From Takakia lepidozioides (taxonomy: Eukaryota; Plantae; Bryophyta), in contig CM060734.1 of assembly GCA_030704615.1 (NCBI GenBank), forward strand, positions 47,244,001 to 47,308,000: 64,000 nucleotides of DNA. The letters run 5' to 3'. Below the pieces are notes generated by a model, which was not told the DNA's origin, searched no databases, and was given only the letters and a program-made list of their open reading frames with translations. Positions 50,002 to 62,400 of the stretch are shown here, piece by piece; within the stretch, counting starts at the first letter, position 1; each line of letters starts with the position of its first letter. The position numbers were made by a program, and so were the translations under genes.

Positions 50002-51157
50002 CTCACAAGATTTCTGAAGGAAAGGCTTTGATAAGACAAACTATCACTACAAATCACTCCTCAAACCTCATTTCTCATGGCAAGAGAGACTCTGCAAAAG
50101 AGGAGAGACCAAGGAAGTAGTAGATGTAACTCATTCTCATCCAAGTTCTTCATCCTATGTGTCATCCATAGTACTGACTCTTGTTTTTTATATGGCTTTT
50201 ATAGGGCTTAGAGGCATTGTCCTCAGTAGTTGCACCACTGTACCAGATGTTTCCTTTACAGCTCACACTCGTTAAATGCAAAATGAATTAGGTCATAAAA
50301 GTTCTCACCTCCAGTCAGGTATCAAACTACTGGCATGTACAGCTGGCCTGCATGGAAGACCCTTCATCCTGCACCTCAGCGGACCTTGCTCAATCGTTAG
50401 TCTCCCAGCCCTAGCTACACCCCCGGTGGTGATAAACAAGTGTCATTTCATCTCTCTCTTCTATACTGTATGAAGTTCCTTTCATAGAGGTTATAATGCC
50501 CCTTTGTTTCTTCTTTTGTTTCAGGTGTGAGTAGAGTGACAGAGCAGGCATAGCATAATAAACATCTACGTCACTCTGCTGGACAACCTCCATCACTTAC
50601 AAACATTGGAACATAAACTTCATCTCTGACTGGAAGAAAAGACCTTACTTGGAGCCGAAACCAAGGGTCCAATAGAGTCATGTCTTGGGAGAGCTGCGTA
50701 GAAATACAAAAATCATTATATCGGGAGCGTAGAAATACAAAAATCCCACTGACAATAGAAAGACCTGAATACACAACTATCAATACAATATCACTTGTGA
50801 TGGCATCAGAAACACGAGTGGCCATCCAATAGTTGGCTGCTCACCCATGCCTTCCACCCCTGCTCCAGCCTACCACCAAAATCACACTCATAGCAATCAG
50901 CTTACAAATACCCAGCCCACAGATATTTGGACAAACTAAAACAACCAGATTCTGATAGACGACCATCAAAAAACATGTCAAGTCCATATACCCCAAAATT
51001 GCCCAAGGTTCATGCTGCTCACCCCTAACTCTCTTACTCAGGGGCACAAACTGCTGCACACATGTATTTATACTTTATCTGAGAGATGCAACAACATCTT
51101 TGAAGACATGCTATTGATTGCAGTCCATAAGAAAGATCACAGATAGATCCCAGGTAT

Positions 51158-51160
<3 letters not shown>

Positions 51161-51193
<33 letters not shown>
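51161..51193. repeat. (GA)n microsatellite
   Basis: 16 GA units. Confidence 0.98.
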
Positions 51194-51195
<2 letters not shown>

Positions 51196-51490
51196 TCATT
51201 GCAGAATAGTCATCCAACTTCAGGCCTTTTGAAAACCTCCAATCTTCCTTCTGTTTCAAGCTTGCTTGCCTTGAAGTTGAAACTGGGGCTGTCGTCGACA
51301 ACTGTCGTCCTATCCCCTCCATCCTCACCAACAACTTCTGAATCTCCTTAAAGGCCTGCATTATCAATAAGGATACAAGACTTCTTAGCTAGTAGAGAAT
51401 GTTGGAAAGGCACATGCATATCACATAGGCTACTAGGCTGTACACCACAGAAGGTCCAAGCAACAACCATTCAATAATTGCAGAAATCCT

Positions 51491-52385
51491 TGTTACATTT
51501 CAGGTTGTCGCGCGGCTTTTGCTCACCCATCCCTTCGCTATCCGAGGCGGAAACTCCAAGATAGAAGAGTTGGAAATCTCTAAGCACTCAGCCCGCTCAG
51601 AACAATCAGTCATGACCTACAGCTAGTGTATCATGGGGGTGTTTCCTATTTGTTTTCCTTCCCGCATTCATGTTAGCTAGTTACCTTATTGTTGGTAATT
51701 AAGTATCAGTTTGCTTCAGCAATCTATCGGATTCCATCAACTCATCCATTCATTCCACAGCTTCACTCAGATCTCTCTACACAGTGTGAGTATGAAGTAT
51801 GTATCAGATTAATATCTATCAAGTATCAGGGTAAAGCCATGGAGTCTCTAATCTGCTCTACATTACAACTCTACTGCTTGCATTCATCAAGCATCAACAG
51901 ATCGTCCTCCTCCTACTCTGTGCTCTCCCTCCTTTCGCTCAGAGATGCGCTCTCTGCCTCCTTTCCTCCCCAGTGATGTCCGAAGTCTCCCCCCAAGAAG
52001 TGATCCCCCCAGAATTGATTCTTTTCCAGTCCTCGCTCCTGGCTTTATCTTCCTACCCGTTGTTCTAACCGTTTCCCTCACTAACCGTCATCCGTGAACT
52101 AACATGTTCCATTCGCAGATGTTGTTCCCCACAGTCGTTCCCTGTCCTGCTATCCGTTCCCTATGGTCGTGACAGTTGTGTCAAGCTGTGACTGGCTGTG
52201 TGAAACTGTGACGGGCTGTGACCGACTGTGTCGGGCTGTGACTGGCTGTGCGACTGTGTTGGGCTGTGATTGGCTGTGTGGCTGTGACGGGCTGTGTTGA
52301 CTGTGACTGGCTGTGTTGGCTGTGTCGGGCTGTGTCGGTTGTGCGAAGCTGTGACGGGCTGTGATGGACTGTGTTGGGCTGTGTA
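51491..52385 (-). mobile_element. Putative 3' LTR of the Gypsy element (~895 bp), starting with a 10-bp-period GCTGTG array (52165-52383)
   Basis: Begins right after the PPT (TA instead of TG) and ends ...GTAACA at 51491. The partner LTR is not in the window, so the left end is inferred. Confidence 0.6.
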
Positions 52386-52396
52386 TCTCCCCCCCT
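52386..52396 (-). promoter_or_regulatory. Polypurine tract AGGGGGGGAGA
   Basis: Purine run on the coding strand between the last ORF and the putative LTR. Confidence 0.7.
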
Positions 52397-52545
52397 AAAG
52401 CGCGATGCTGTCACCCCTAAGGCTTATGTTGGTCTCAGTCTGTGCAAAAATTAAGGGTACCCCACAGATCCCGTAAAAGCGTCTAAGTCCCAAGCAGTCC
52501 TCTAACATTATCCCTTCCCCTCTCAAAAAGCCGTGTCCTCACGGT

Positions 52546-55500
52546 TTACTGTTTGGGATTTGTAAACCTTTGTGAGCAAGCACCCTTGTGACGTTGAGAG
52601 TCTCGTGAGGGACTCCGTGTGCGAGCCCGTGTTCTGTCACTGGTTGAGGGAGATGATTGAACACTACTTGGATATGTCAGTCCCTTTGGAGGCTGATATC
52701 GAGGTAATCTTTCAGGCATAGGAGACCCCCGTCGCTTCTTATCTGCCATCTGCATTGCATAGTCCTCTGCCATGTCAAAAGAGTCCGCTGAAGAAACAGT
52801 TGTATCAGAATCCTCGTCCCCCTTGAGGTGTTTTAACTGTCGAACTTTAACTGGAATTCTCTGGGGCATACAATGTTGTCCCACCATGTCTGGAAGTTTA
52901 AATTGTAAAACTTGTTGTAAGTGCTGAATTGCAAAATTGGTGAAGACCCTGAGCTCCTTGTCTGTCCAGGTGAGTGGTGTACCAATGACTTGTGAATTGT
53001 GCAAATATTTCCATGCTTCATGTCCCTTAAAGAAAATATCGTCAGGCCCGAATTTCTGTGTTGACAAATTGTTCCAGGCCGCATGAAACCATGAACGAAT
53101 CTGAGAATCCTTTTGCATCATAACTTTTGCCTCATATAGGTACATATGAAGTGGCACTGAAGGTAAGACCCAATGATCCCCAGTGGAATAACTCAGAAAG
53201 CGCGTTTGCATCTTCTGTTGCTCAATGTGATAACGTACCAGAAAACAAGCAGCGTAGTATAACCCGCAGCCCATGACAATACTTGCTACCTCTTTGGTCT
53301 TGGTATAAATGAATCCATATAGAACTTGGAAGACAATTAATTCTTTCAACATGGTATTTGCCTCATGCCAGTACTGTGCAAAGTGATGATCCTCAATTGG
53401 TCGATTGTTCGGAAGAACTTTAGTCCTAGTGGCCACTGGCAGCCAAATGCGCATGATTTGATAGTAATGTGCCAAGGACTGCGGAGGACTAAATTCTTTC
53501 CAAGCCAAATCCAACACAATGGGAATTTGGTTGAAGGGCATAATCATAGCCCTACTGTACTCCCGTGCAGCTGGAGTTCTAGGTGGGTTAAAAGCAGCAT
53601 TCCCCCATACCTCAAGCTGTGGTGGCTGTGGTGTGGCTGTAGTAACAACAGGGTCAGCTACTGGCACAGTGAGTTGTTGTGGTGTTGGTGGCACTGGCTC
53701 TTGTACCATTGGCATCTTCTGCACCCCCTACGAAGAAGACTGAAAAGCCAAGGTTCTCGCTTGTAAATAAGAAGCCATTAGCTGTTCCTCAGGTACACAG
53801 ACTCTATTGTCAATATTTGAAGTGAGGTCCTCCACTTGAGTCTGCAGGCCGTCTACATCCTCCTGTAACTCCGCTATCCTACTATAGACATTGTCTATAG
53901 TAGTTGTGGCAATGTTCTGCACTTGCAGTCTGAGCTCATTCATCTCGCTTTGGGTGAGCTTTCGTGGTGCTTTGCCCTCCACTGGCCCTTGTGCTAATCA
54001 GACCTGCATAAGGTGGTTATCGACCAAGTTGCTTGTGGCACCCTTGAGAGTCTGCTCCTCTGTGAGTCTGTACACATCTATCTGCTGCTTTAAAGCCTCC
54101 ATGCGCTTTGCATGAGGTTCAACCAAACTCGCATAGGCAGCAGCCAGATTATTGGCTTCCTTCCAAGCCTTGTTAGCCACAGAGAGTTCATTTCTATTGG
54201 ACATGAGTGTTTGTTGCAACTCAAGGATGTACCTCTCTTGGTCAGCTTCAACCTGCCTGTATTGCTTGAAAGTACTCTCATTGCGACAGATTGTATTCTT
54301 CATATCGACAATGAGTTTCACTTGCTCAACATTCTCTGCCTCTGCCTTCGTACATCTTTCCGCTTGACTGTTTATTTCTATTGTACTTTGGTCAAGCATA
54401 GTTGTGAGTGTAGCACATTGTATGGCCATCCTGTCATGCACTGTCTGCAACTCCGTATGTAGTGCATTCACTTCTTGTAACTTGCTTTCATGCTTCACCT
54501 GCATTTGGTATAGCTGTTGCTTATGTGCTTCGTGCAACTGGTCTTGCGCGAGGCCTGCCTCAATCAATTGTTCCTTGGCCAATTGCAAAGCCGCTTCTGT
54601 ACTCTCTAAGTCTTGCTGCATCTTGAGAGTGACCTCTTCATCGACCTTGTTTGCACACTCAGTGGCAAGTCGAGCCTCAAACTCCTTCCTGAGTTCCTCT
54701 CTCAAAGCTGCCAATTGGGAAGTTGGAACATGGGATTTGACATAAGTGCCCAACAAATTAAGTGTCCTGCTTATGGAACTCATAAGCATGGCCTGTTGAG
54801 GGTCATCATGGTGAGCTTGCTGTTGTTCTCCCTGATCCTCAACAGTGTGATGCCTCACGAACCACTCAGGCCATTGCCCCACCAGATTTTCTTCCTGAAC
54901 CACTTCATCCGTCACCGGTGCTGCAGTGTCTTGACATTCTACCTGTGGTACCTCCGTCACAGGTGTGTGTATTATATGCACCGCAGGGTTTCCCCTGGAC
55001 AACCGCTGCACCTCTGGAATCGATGTTTCCCTGACCAGACCAGAATATTCATAGAGAAGGTCCCCCTTCTCAATTTCTGCCACCACATGTTCTGTAGTGG
55101 GAATATCTAACCCTTCTTTCTCCAAATCAATTATTTATGGTGGAACTGCATGGACAACTTGTGGTAACTCTGTGACAAGCCGATCATCTGGCTGTGATGG
55201 CTGTGATACTGAAGTAACTTCCTATTCCCTCTCTGAAGGTCCCGCTTCCAATAATAGCAGTTCTCTGTGCTGTTGTGCCCCTTCCTGCACAAGAGCTTGG
55301 GAAACATTATCATGCGGTTTCCATGAAGCCAGTGGATCCGCCACTACAGTCTTTCCCCGCCTCGGTCTCTTAGTCTGGGGTTGTCCTGCCAGTCCACCCT
55401 CACTGTGTGAAGAGTCTTGCTCTTCCATTGCAGTGGTTTCAATCTCAAACACTCCCATCTCCTTTCTTTCTCGAGCATCAAGTATGCCAGAATCAAGAAT

Positions 55501-56319
55501 TATTTGAGCAATGATTGGGCCAGACACTATGATAGGAGATTTTGCGGCAGTGCCCTGTAATCTTTTCATCTCCTCTACCAGTGCGTTGTACATTATGTCC
55601 GCCCATTCTACCTCTTCTCCTCTCAGGGCTTTGAGTATTTCCTCTGTGAAGGATCTGCTCAAATACTGTTGGTTCTGTTTCATGGCAAACAGAACGTTCA
55701 ATACCTGGCCTACCTCCCTTAGCCCTGGGTACACGGCCTTGGTACAAGCATAACCCTGAGTTTTAAAGAAACTCCCTTCTTGGAATAAGTCCCCTATTTG
55801 CAGTCTTGCCCTGTGCTCCTCCACATGCACCTGACCTGCTGGCAATCGAAACAATTGCTGTAGGTATAGGGGAGTAATTTCTAATTCAACTCCCTTCACC
55901 GTTGTTGCTCCTGTCCTAGGCTCAAAGTTCTGCAAGAATTGTAACATGTACTGTCTATGGTGCAATGTCCAATCTTTGCTTTGCAATCCTTCCAATCGCA
56001 GCTCCTTCAGTAACTTTACCGCCTGTGGAGTAGCAATCGTTTGTTTCTGCAGGATTGTGGTGCTCTTCACCCTGATTTCTTCCATTCCTCTCACTCTCTT
56101 CATTCTAGACCCACAGAAATGTTTTGGCTGTAACAATTGAAGAAATGCCTGCAGGGCACAAAGCATAAACATATGGTTGCCACAAAAAGCTATGGGTAAT
56201 TTCTTGTAAGCCTGCGGGGCTTGCAAGCATCGATCAAGAGAAAAGATCCACTCTGTTCTTTCGTCCCTATGCCACTGCGTAAGTAATATTGCGAGCATAT
56301 AGTCTGTTAGTTCCTCCAT
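52546..56319 (-). pseudogene. Extra 3' ORF of the Gypsy element (~1257 aa ancestral): Transposase_32-like domain, long coiled coil and unknown C-terminal domain
   Basis: The ORFs ending at 55222, 53998, 53728 and 52546 share one frame and are separated only by TAG/TAA/TGA/TAG codons. MLQFLQNFEPRTGATTVKGVELEITPLYLQQLFRLP and LRGEEVEWADIM...PIIAQII resemble the putative plant transposon protein domain. Confidence 0.75.
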
Positions 56320-56814
56320 AGCTTCAAAGCTATAGCATTGATGGTTTGTCCCGTCGAGACGCCCGTTACTTAAAACGACGCCGACTCTTGCGCTTAAATT
56401 CCCTCCAATTTCTTGATCCCTTTTCTGGCTTTCGATTGGCTGTAATCGCTGTGACTGGATTTTAGATTTAATTTTCTTTAGTGGACTTTCCCTGCTAGAC
56501 TGTCCACTAGGATCACACATGTGACAAGAATTCCGCTTTTCTGTACTTGCTGTTTGTTCTGTTGCCCTTTTTCCGTATTCATTAATGGGCCCGCCATTCA
56601 TCCGAATTGACGTGTTAAGTAGGTACTTTGACGGCCATTCTTGTCCTCTTTCTTGATGACACATGTTCTTGCACTTCCTTCTCAGCTGTGTGTCGCGCCC
56701 TGACTTCCACGTGTCCATTTCTAAACTGGCTTCCGTCCTTTCTTCCGCCGGCCATTTCCCTGAAGTTATCATGCGTCCACCTGTCACTGATTCTATGGAT
56801 TGCGTAACCCTAGT

Positions 56815-57145
56815 AGGCTGTGTTGAGCTGTGACAGGCTGTGTCATACTGTGGTACGCTGTGGTAGGCTGTGATGCACTGTGGTAAGCTGTGATAGGCTG
56901 TGACACGCTGTGGTAGGTTGTGATAGGCTGTGTTGCGCCGTGCTAGGCTGTGATAGGTTGTGTCGCGCCTTGATGGGCTGTGATAGGCTGTGTCGCGCCT
57001 TGATGGGCTGTGATAGGTTGTGTCGCACCTTGATAAGCTGTGATAGGCTGTGTTGCACTGTGGTAAGTTGTGATAGGCTGTGACTGGCTGTATTAGGCTG
57101 TGATAGGCTGTATTGCGCCATGCTGGGCTGTGATAGGCTGTGTCG
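56815..57145. repeat. 30-bp tandem repeat (10-bp sub-period, GCTGTG core) between pol and the extra ORF
   Basis: About 11 units of GGCTGTGATAGG(C/T)TGTG..., translating as TAYHS repeats. Confidence 0.95.
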
Positions 57146-57289
57146 CTCTTGTTCTGCCCGCCCTGGTCATATATGCTCGGCTTAGCGACAAGTGCTCCAT
57201 ACTCCGTTGGTATCACTGGCGCAGCCCGTGACTGCTTTTGCGTTTCAACATGCAAATCATGCTGCAATGGTTTGTCATGGATACCACTG

Positions 57290-60116
57290 TACCCCTTCAA
57301 CTTTATGGTTTGTAACATGGTGGTGTTGTTATCATACATCTTCTGTATGACGTAAGGTCCTTTCCATGGTGATTTAAGCTTATAAGTTTTAATCTTTCCC
57401 TTCTTCTGCAACCAGAGAACCAAATCTCCCGTCTTAAAAGTCTTTAACTTGCCTTCATCAAACTGTTCCTTCCTCTTCATCTGAATTCTGGTCATATTAT
57501 CAGCTGCATCAGCACGTACTTCTTCCACATGGTATAATTCATGTTTCTTGACCTTAATTGAATCTTGCAATTCCATTCTCTTTCCCCATTCCGTTCTCAT
57601 GGTAGGTAACAGGAATTCCACTGGAAGTAAAGCTTCCATACCATAAACTAATTGGAATGGTGTATACTTAGTGGTGACTTTATATGAAGTCCTGTATGAC
57701 CACAAAGCTGTCAGCAGCTTTGTATCCCAATCCGTTCTGTTTGCATTGACTATCTTAGCCAAGATAGTACATAGTATTTTGTTGGTAGCCTCTGCCTGTC
57801 CATTACCATGTGGGTAATATGTTGTACTCTTCTTATGCACAATCATGAACTCTTTAGTCAATAATTCAATGGTCTCATTAATGAAGTGACTTCCCTGATC
57901 ACTGATAAATTCCAAGGGACAGCCAAATCGTGTAAGTATGTTCTCATACAGGAACCTTGCTGTGGACTTGGCTGTGTTGTCCCTCAAAGCTTTAGCTTCC
58001 ACCCACTTCGTAGTATAATCAGTGGCTGTAATTATGTACCTATTCTGTGTATTCTTGGCTGGTGGGTTAATTGGTCCAACAAAGTCTAGTCCCCATTTCT
58101 GAAATGGTTCCGTAGGCATTGTAGGATGCAAAGCCATCTTCCCAGATCTCTGCAAAGGTCCTAGCCTCTGACATTCATCACAACTCTGACAATACTTGTG
58201 TACATCTTTGAACAAAGTAGGCCACCAGTAACCTGCATGTAGTATCTTCCTACTGGTAGTCTCTTCTCCAAAATGACCTCCTGCCACTCCTTTATGAACT
58301 TCCTCCAAAACTTTATTAACTTCATGGTGGTATAAGCATCGCTTCAGCACTCCATCTGGTCCTAGCTTATACATTCTGCTCCCTACCATAGTGTAAGGTA
58401 GAGCCTTGATAGCAATTCTCTTTCTCTGCTCCTTTCCATAACTTGGTGGGCACTGACCATGAGCAAGGTAGTATCTGATTGGCCACTGCCAATCTAACCA
58501 GTCATCTGCACTTCCTTGCACCTCCACTGCAAATAGACTCGCATCTGGTAATTGATCATCTACTCCCGTGGCTGGTTCTCCTGTTGATAACCGTGACAAG
58601 TGATCCGCCACAAGATGCAGCCTCTCAGGCTTGTAAACAACCTCGAACTCAAACTCGTGCAAGATTATCAACCATCTTGCTATTCTTCCGCTTATCAGAG
58701 GTTTGTTTACCAGGTATATCAGAGCCTTGTGATCCACATAGAACATAAACTTCTTGCCCAACAGGTAATGCCTGAATTTCTTCACTGCATAGATCATTGC
58801 CAGTGCTTCTCTTTCAGTTGTGCTATAGTTCCTTTCAGCACTGTTCATCAACCTGCTAGCATAGTACACATGTGAATCTATATTTCCTGTAATATTCTGG
58901 GCTAACACCGCTCCCAACGCTTCTCTTGAGGCATCACAGTGAACATGAAATACTACATGCCAGTGAGGGTTAATCAGCACAGGTGTAGTTGTTACTGACA
59001 ATGTAAGTTCCTCAAAAGCCTGTTGACATTCAGCTGTCCATGCAAACACTGCATCTTTCTTCAGAAGCTTGCTCAATGGTGCTGCTAGTTGTGCATACCT
59101 TTTGACAAATCTTCTGTAATAACTGGTTTGCCCAAGGAATCTCCTTAGACTCTTAACATTTGTTGGTGGTGGAGAGGCTTTAATGGCCTCTGTCTTCCTG
59201 GGATCCACAAGAAGTCCCCTCTTACACACAATGTGTCCCAGAAGCACGCCTGAGTTCACACAGAAAGTACATTTCTCTGGATTCAGGCCCAGACCTCTCA
59301 TCCTGCATCTGGCCAGACATAACTCCAATTTATGCAAGTGCTCATTCTTAGAGCTGTACACACTGAAATCATCCAAGAACACCTGCATGAAATCATCCAG
59401 ATACTCATGAAAAGATTCACTTATCACTCTCTGAAAGGTTGCTGGTGCATTACAAAGTCCAAAGGGCATGACTTTGTATGCATAAGCACCCCAGTCTGTG
59501 ATGAAAGCTGTCTTTCCTTGGTCTTCTTCTGCCACTTGCACTTGATTATAACCACTGAAGCCATCCATGAATGAGTACATCTCATGGCCTGCCACAGTGT
59601 CCAATACTGCTTCTGTGAATGGCAAAGGGAAAGGATCTTTCTTCGTACAAGCATTCAACTTCTTGTAGTTCACACAAACTCTTAGTTTACCATTCTTCTT
59701 GGGAACTATTACAATGGGTGACAACCAAGTTGTATACTCTATTGGGTATATAAACTTAGCCTCAACCAACTTCTTGATCTCTTCTCCAACCTTCTGTGCG
59801 TAGTTGGGATTCATTCTGTACCTTGCCTGCTTGATTGGTACTGACCCTGGTTCCAGTTCAATCTTATGCTGACAGATTTCAGGTGGTATCCCTTTTAGAT
59901 CCTCATAGCTCCAAGCAAATACATCTCCTGTATTTGATGAACAAACTCTTAGCTTCTTCAAAGAATTATGGCTCCAAATCAGCTCCTACCTTCACCATCC
60001 TCGGTTCCTCTTTAGTTCCCACATTCACTTCCCTCACTTGCTCATCAGCTGTGATTGTCCAACCAGTCACCACTTCATCCTGTAAACTCACAGCGGCTGG
60101 TTCCTCTAGGATTTCC
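57290..60116 (-). mobile_element. pol: Ty3/Gypsy pol (RT-RNaseH-IN), non-chromovirus type
   Basis: DVFAWSYEDLKGI, FMDGFSGYNQ, YKVMPFGLCNAPATFQR, FLDDF, HCDAS, ERNYSTTEREALA, HHCC, WGLDFVGP, SDQGSHF, NGQAEATNK, WKGPY. No chromodomain or second RNase H seen. A stop and frameshift lie near 59965-59925, and CVDY reads CVNY. Confidence 0.97.
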
Positions 60117-61241
60117 ATTTTTTTTTTTTTTTTTCATAGAAATGTGATGGGTAACTGCTGGTTTCCTCTTCAATTGGTGTTGCTGACACTACATCACAGC
60201 AGATACCTCTTAAACAACTTAGGCTTTCCAGCCGCATCTCTACAACTTGCTCCCACTCTGGGTGTGCAACAAACAGGGTAGCTTCCTGCTCCTCATCCAG
60301 TCCTCCTCTCCAGTCATACTCTCTGACTCCTCGAGGTCTTCTCGTAGTCTGTAATCTACTAGATTTCTTTGTGGTAATTTGTATCTCGTGTATCCCATTA
60401 TGCACGGTTAGTAAGTGAGAATTCCAGTCATGGAATACCCTGGCCTGTTTCAGCCACGGACGTCCCAATAATAAGGAGTAAGCCTCCATGACTTCATCCA
60501 TCTTCAACACAGTTACTGTGATCATAAAGATCATCTTCTGTATCTGTATCTTAACTCCTCTTATTAATTCTAATGGCTGTACACTTCTTTGATCTGCCAT
60601 TGTTACTGTAAATGGGGCTGGTTTCATGTTACTTAGACCAAGCTTCTTCCTTAATTGGTCTGTCATGATATTTACTCCGGAGCCTCCATCTATCAGTACA
60701 TCAGTTAGTTCTGTGCTTCCAATTCTCAATTGGATTACTAGCGTAGAATCATCAAAGTCCATGACTGTTTCTCGCCCTTCCGGCTTCACATTATAACTGG
60801 TCACCTTGCTGTTCAGGTCTGTGTTTCCTGTCTCCTGGGCAATTCGATTGATTGCTTGATACAGCCTGTGTCTACAATAAGGTGCCACAGCCAATAGCTG
60901 TCCAATGGTAATCTTTGCTTTGGTCTGGCATATCACTTCAGCCAAAGTCCCTTCATTACTTTGCATGTCTGCATCTTCTTTCTTCCTTTCATCCTCACTC
61001 ACTTCTTCTTCTCCATCAGAATCAGAGGAATCTGCCACAGGAATATCAATACTCTTCTGCATTTCCCTTATGGTATCTGCCACTTCCTTATGCAGTTCCT
61101 TCTCATCTCTCCAAGCCTCATCATCTTCAGGCATATCACTGCCACTTTCATTATCATCATCTTCCTCAACTACTGGAGGTATTAGTTTGGCTTTGCTTCT
61201 TGTTACTATCATTGTACTTACTTCTGGTACAACACATGGCC
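60106..61241 (-). mobile_element. Gypsy gag C-terminus and aspartic protease
   Basis: VLIDGGSGVNIM and YSLLLGRPWLKQ protease motifs; IVTRSK and ITIGQLLAVAP gag-PR linker; joined to pol through an A tract at ~60117-60135. Confidence 0.92.
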
Positions 61242-61243
61242 TC

Positions 61244-62120
61244 ACATGTGGCACGGGTAAGCCTTCACGTGCTCAGTTTGTCCCCTGGCCCGATTGCAAT
61301 TGCATGCCGCAAGCTATTAACCGCCCGCTTTGTTCCTCAGGTGCTTCAATGTGGGCAGGGACGTTGTCCGACAGGCATGTGTTCGCCTTCGAGCCAGATA
61401 CTGCCCTCCACAACTCGGAACTTGCAGCGGCTGAACGTCTGCCGAAAGAGGAAGAGGCATCCTCGGAGGATGAGGAAAAATCCAAGAAGGAGCAGGGGGA
61501 GGAAGTTGGGATCGAGGCCGAGGAGCCCCCGGTTTACGAGTGAGTGGTGGCATTATAAGTTGCCTCCAGATTTCGTGAGGCACCTCCCTCCGCTCTCTTA
61601 TTTCATTGAAAACCCTTTCTGGTTGTGCTGGTATTGACATTCTTGAAGTGGATTTGTTCTTACTGTAGGATGCCAAGTACTGCCGGAGGGACGTCTACAC
61701 CGGAGTTCATGGGCAGGAGGAACGTGCCTTTTTTTGCCAGGGGGGATTTCATGCCTAGTCCAGAAAGGGAGTACATCCTTCCTACTTATGCTGCCCGGCT
61801 TGCTTTGGTGTCCATTAGGAGGTGTTCCGAACGTAGTCGTGTACAACAGATTTTAGACGAGGCAAGCCTCAAAAAATGAAGATGAGGGAGGAGGCAGCAG
61901 CTATTAGAGCCCGTCGGGCTTGTAGATTTGTCTTGGATTCTACTGAGGAAAGTGGGGGAGAAGACGCAGAAGATTCCCAGGAGGTGAGGTGAACAGTCCC
62001 CCAAGGAGAGGACGGGATTTTTTAGAGGCATAGTGGAACTGATGCATCACAGAGCTCGGAGGATGAGGGGGATGAGGGGGATGAGGAAGAAGGTGGGGCA
62101 AGTTCCTTGGAGGGTGTAGG
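61244..62120 (+). pseudogene. MTase copy 2, 3' half in the inverted segment: exons 61244-61256, 61341-61539, 61669-~62120
   Basis: TCGTG|ASMWAGTLSDRHVFAFEPDTALHN...PVYE|MPST...PFFARGDFMPSP...R*TVPQGEDGIF; introns at the same positions and phases as copy 1. Confidence 0.85.
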
Positions 62121-62348
62121 AGAGTAGTGCCCATTCTGGCTATGACAGTTAGAACACACTTGTATAGACGTGGCTTGCCACAAAATTTGCAATAAAATGT
62201 TGCATTTCAAGTCCACTGGTGCCACATTCCAACTTCACATGACCCTATTTCCGTGCCTCCTAACCCTATTTCCGTGGACTCACAATGGTCTGCTCATGCT
62301 TTTTTTTTTTCCGCTCATGCTCATGCCGCTCATGAAATAGCAGCCCCC

Positions 62349-62400
62349 AGGGCGAGGACCCAATGGTGAAGAACTATGTTACTATTGTAATCAGCCAGGG
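62349..62400 (+). other. Inverted 52-bp piece of Gypsy gag, first half of the zinc knuckle
   Basis: Reads GRGPNGEELCYYCNQPG; joins GHVLYQ on the minus strand at 61240. Confidence 0.8.

Noticed and set aside
55222-59961. Intact active 1579-aa retrotransposon polyprotein
   Set aside because: The start is an artefact of a frameshift, there is a stop just upstream, and gag is disrupted by an insertion and an inversion.
60117-60135. Programmed ribosomal frameshift at the A tract between protease and RT
   Set aside because: Position is unusual, and homopolymer expansion or sequencing error is simpler.
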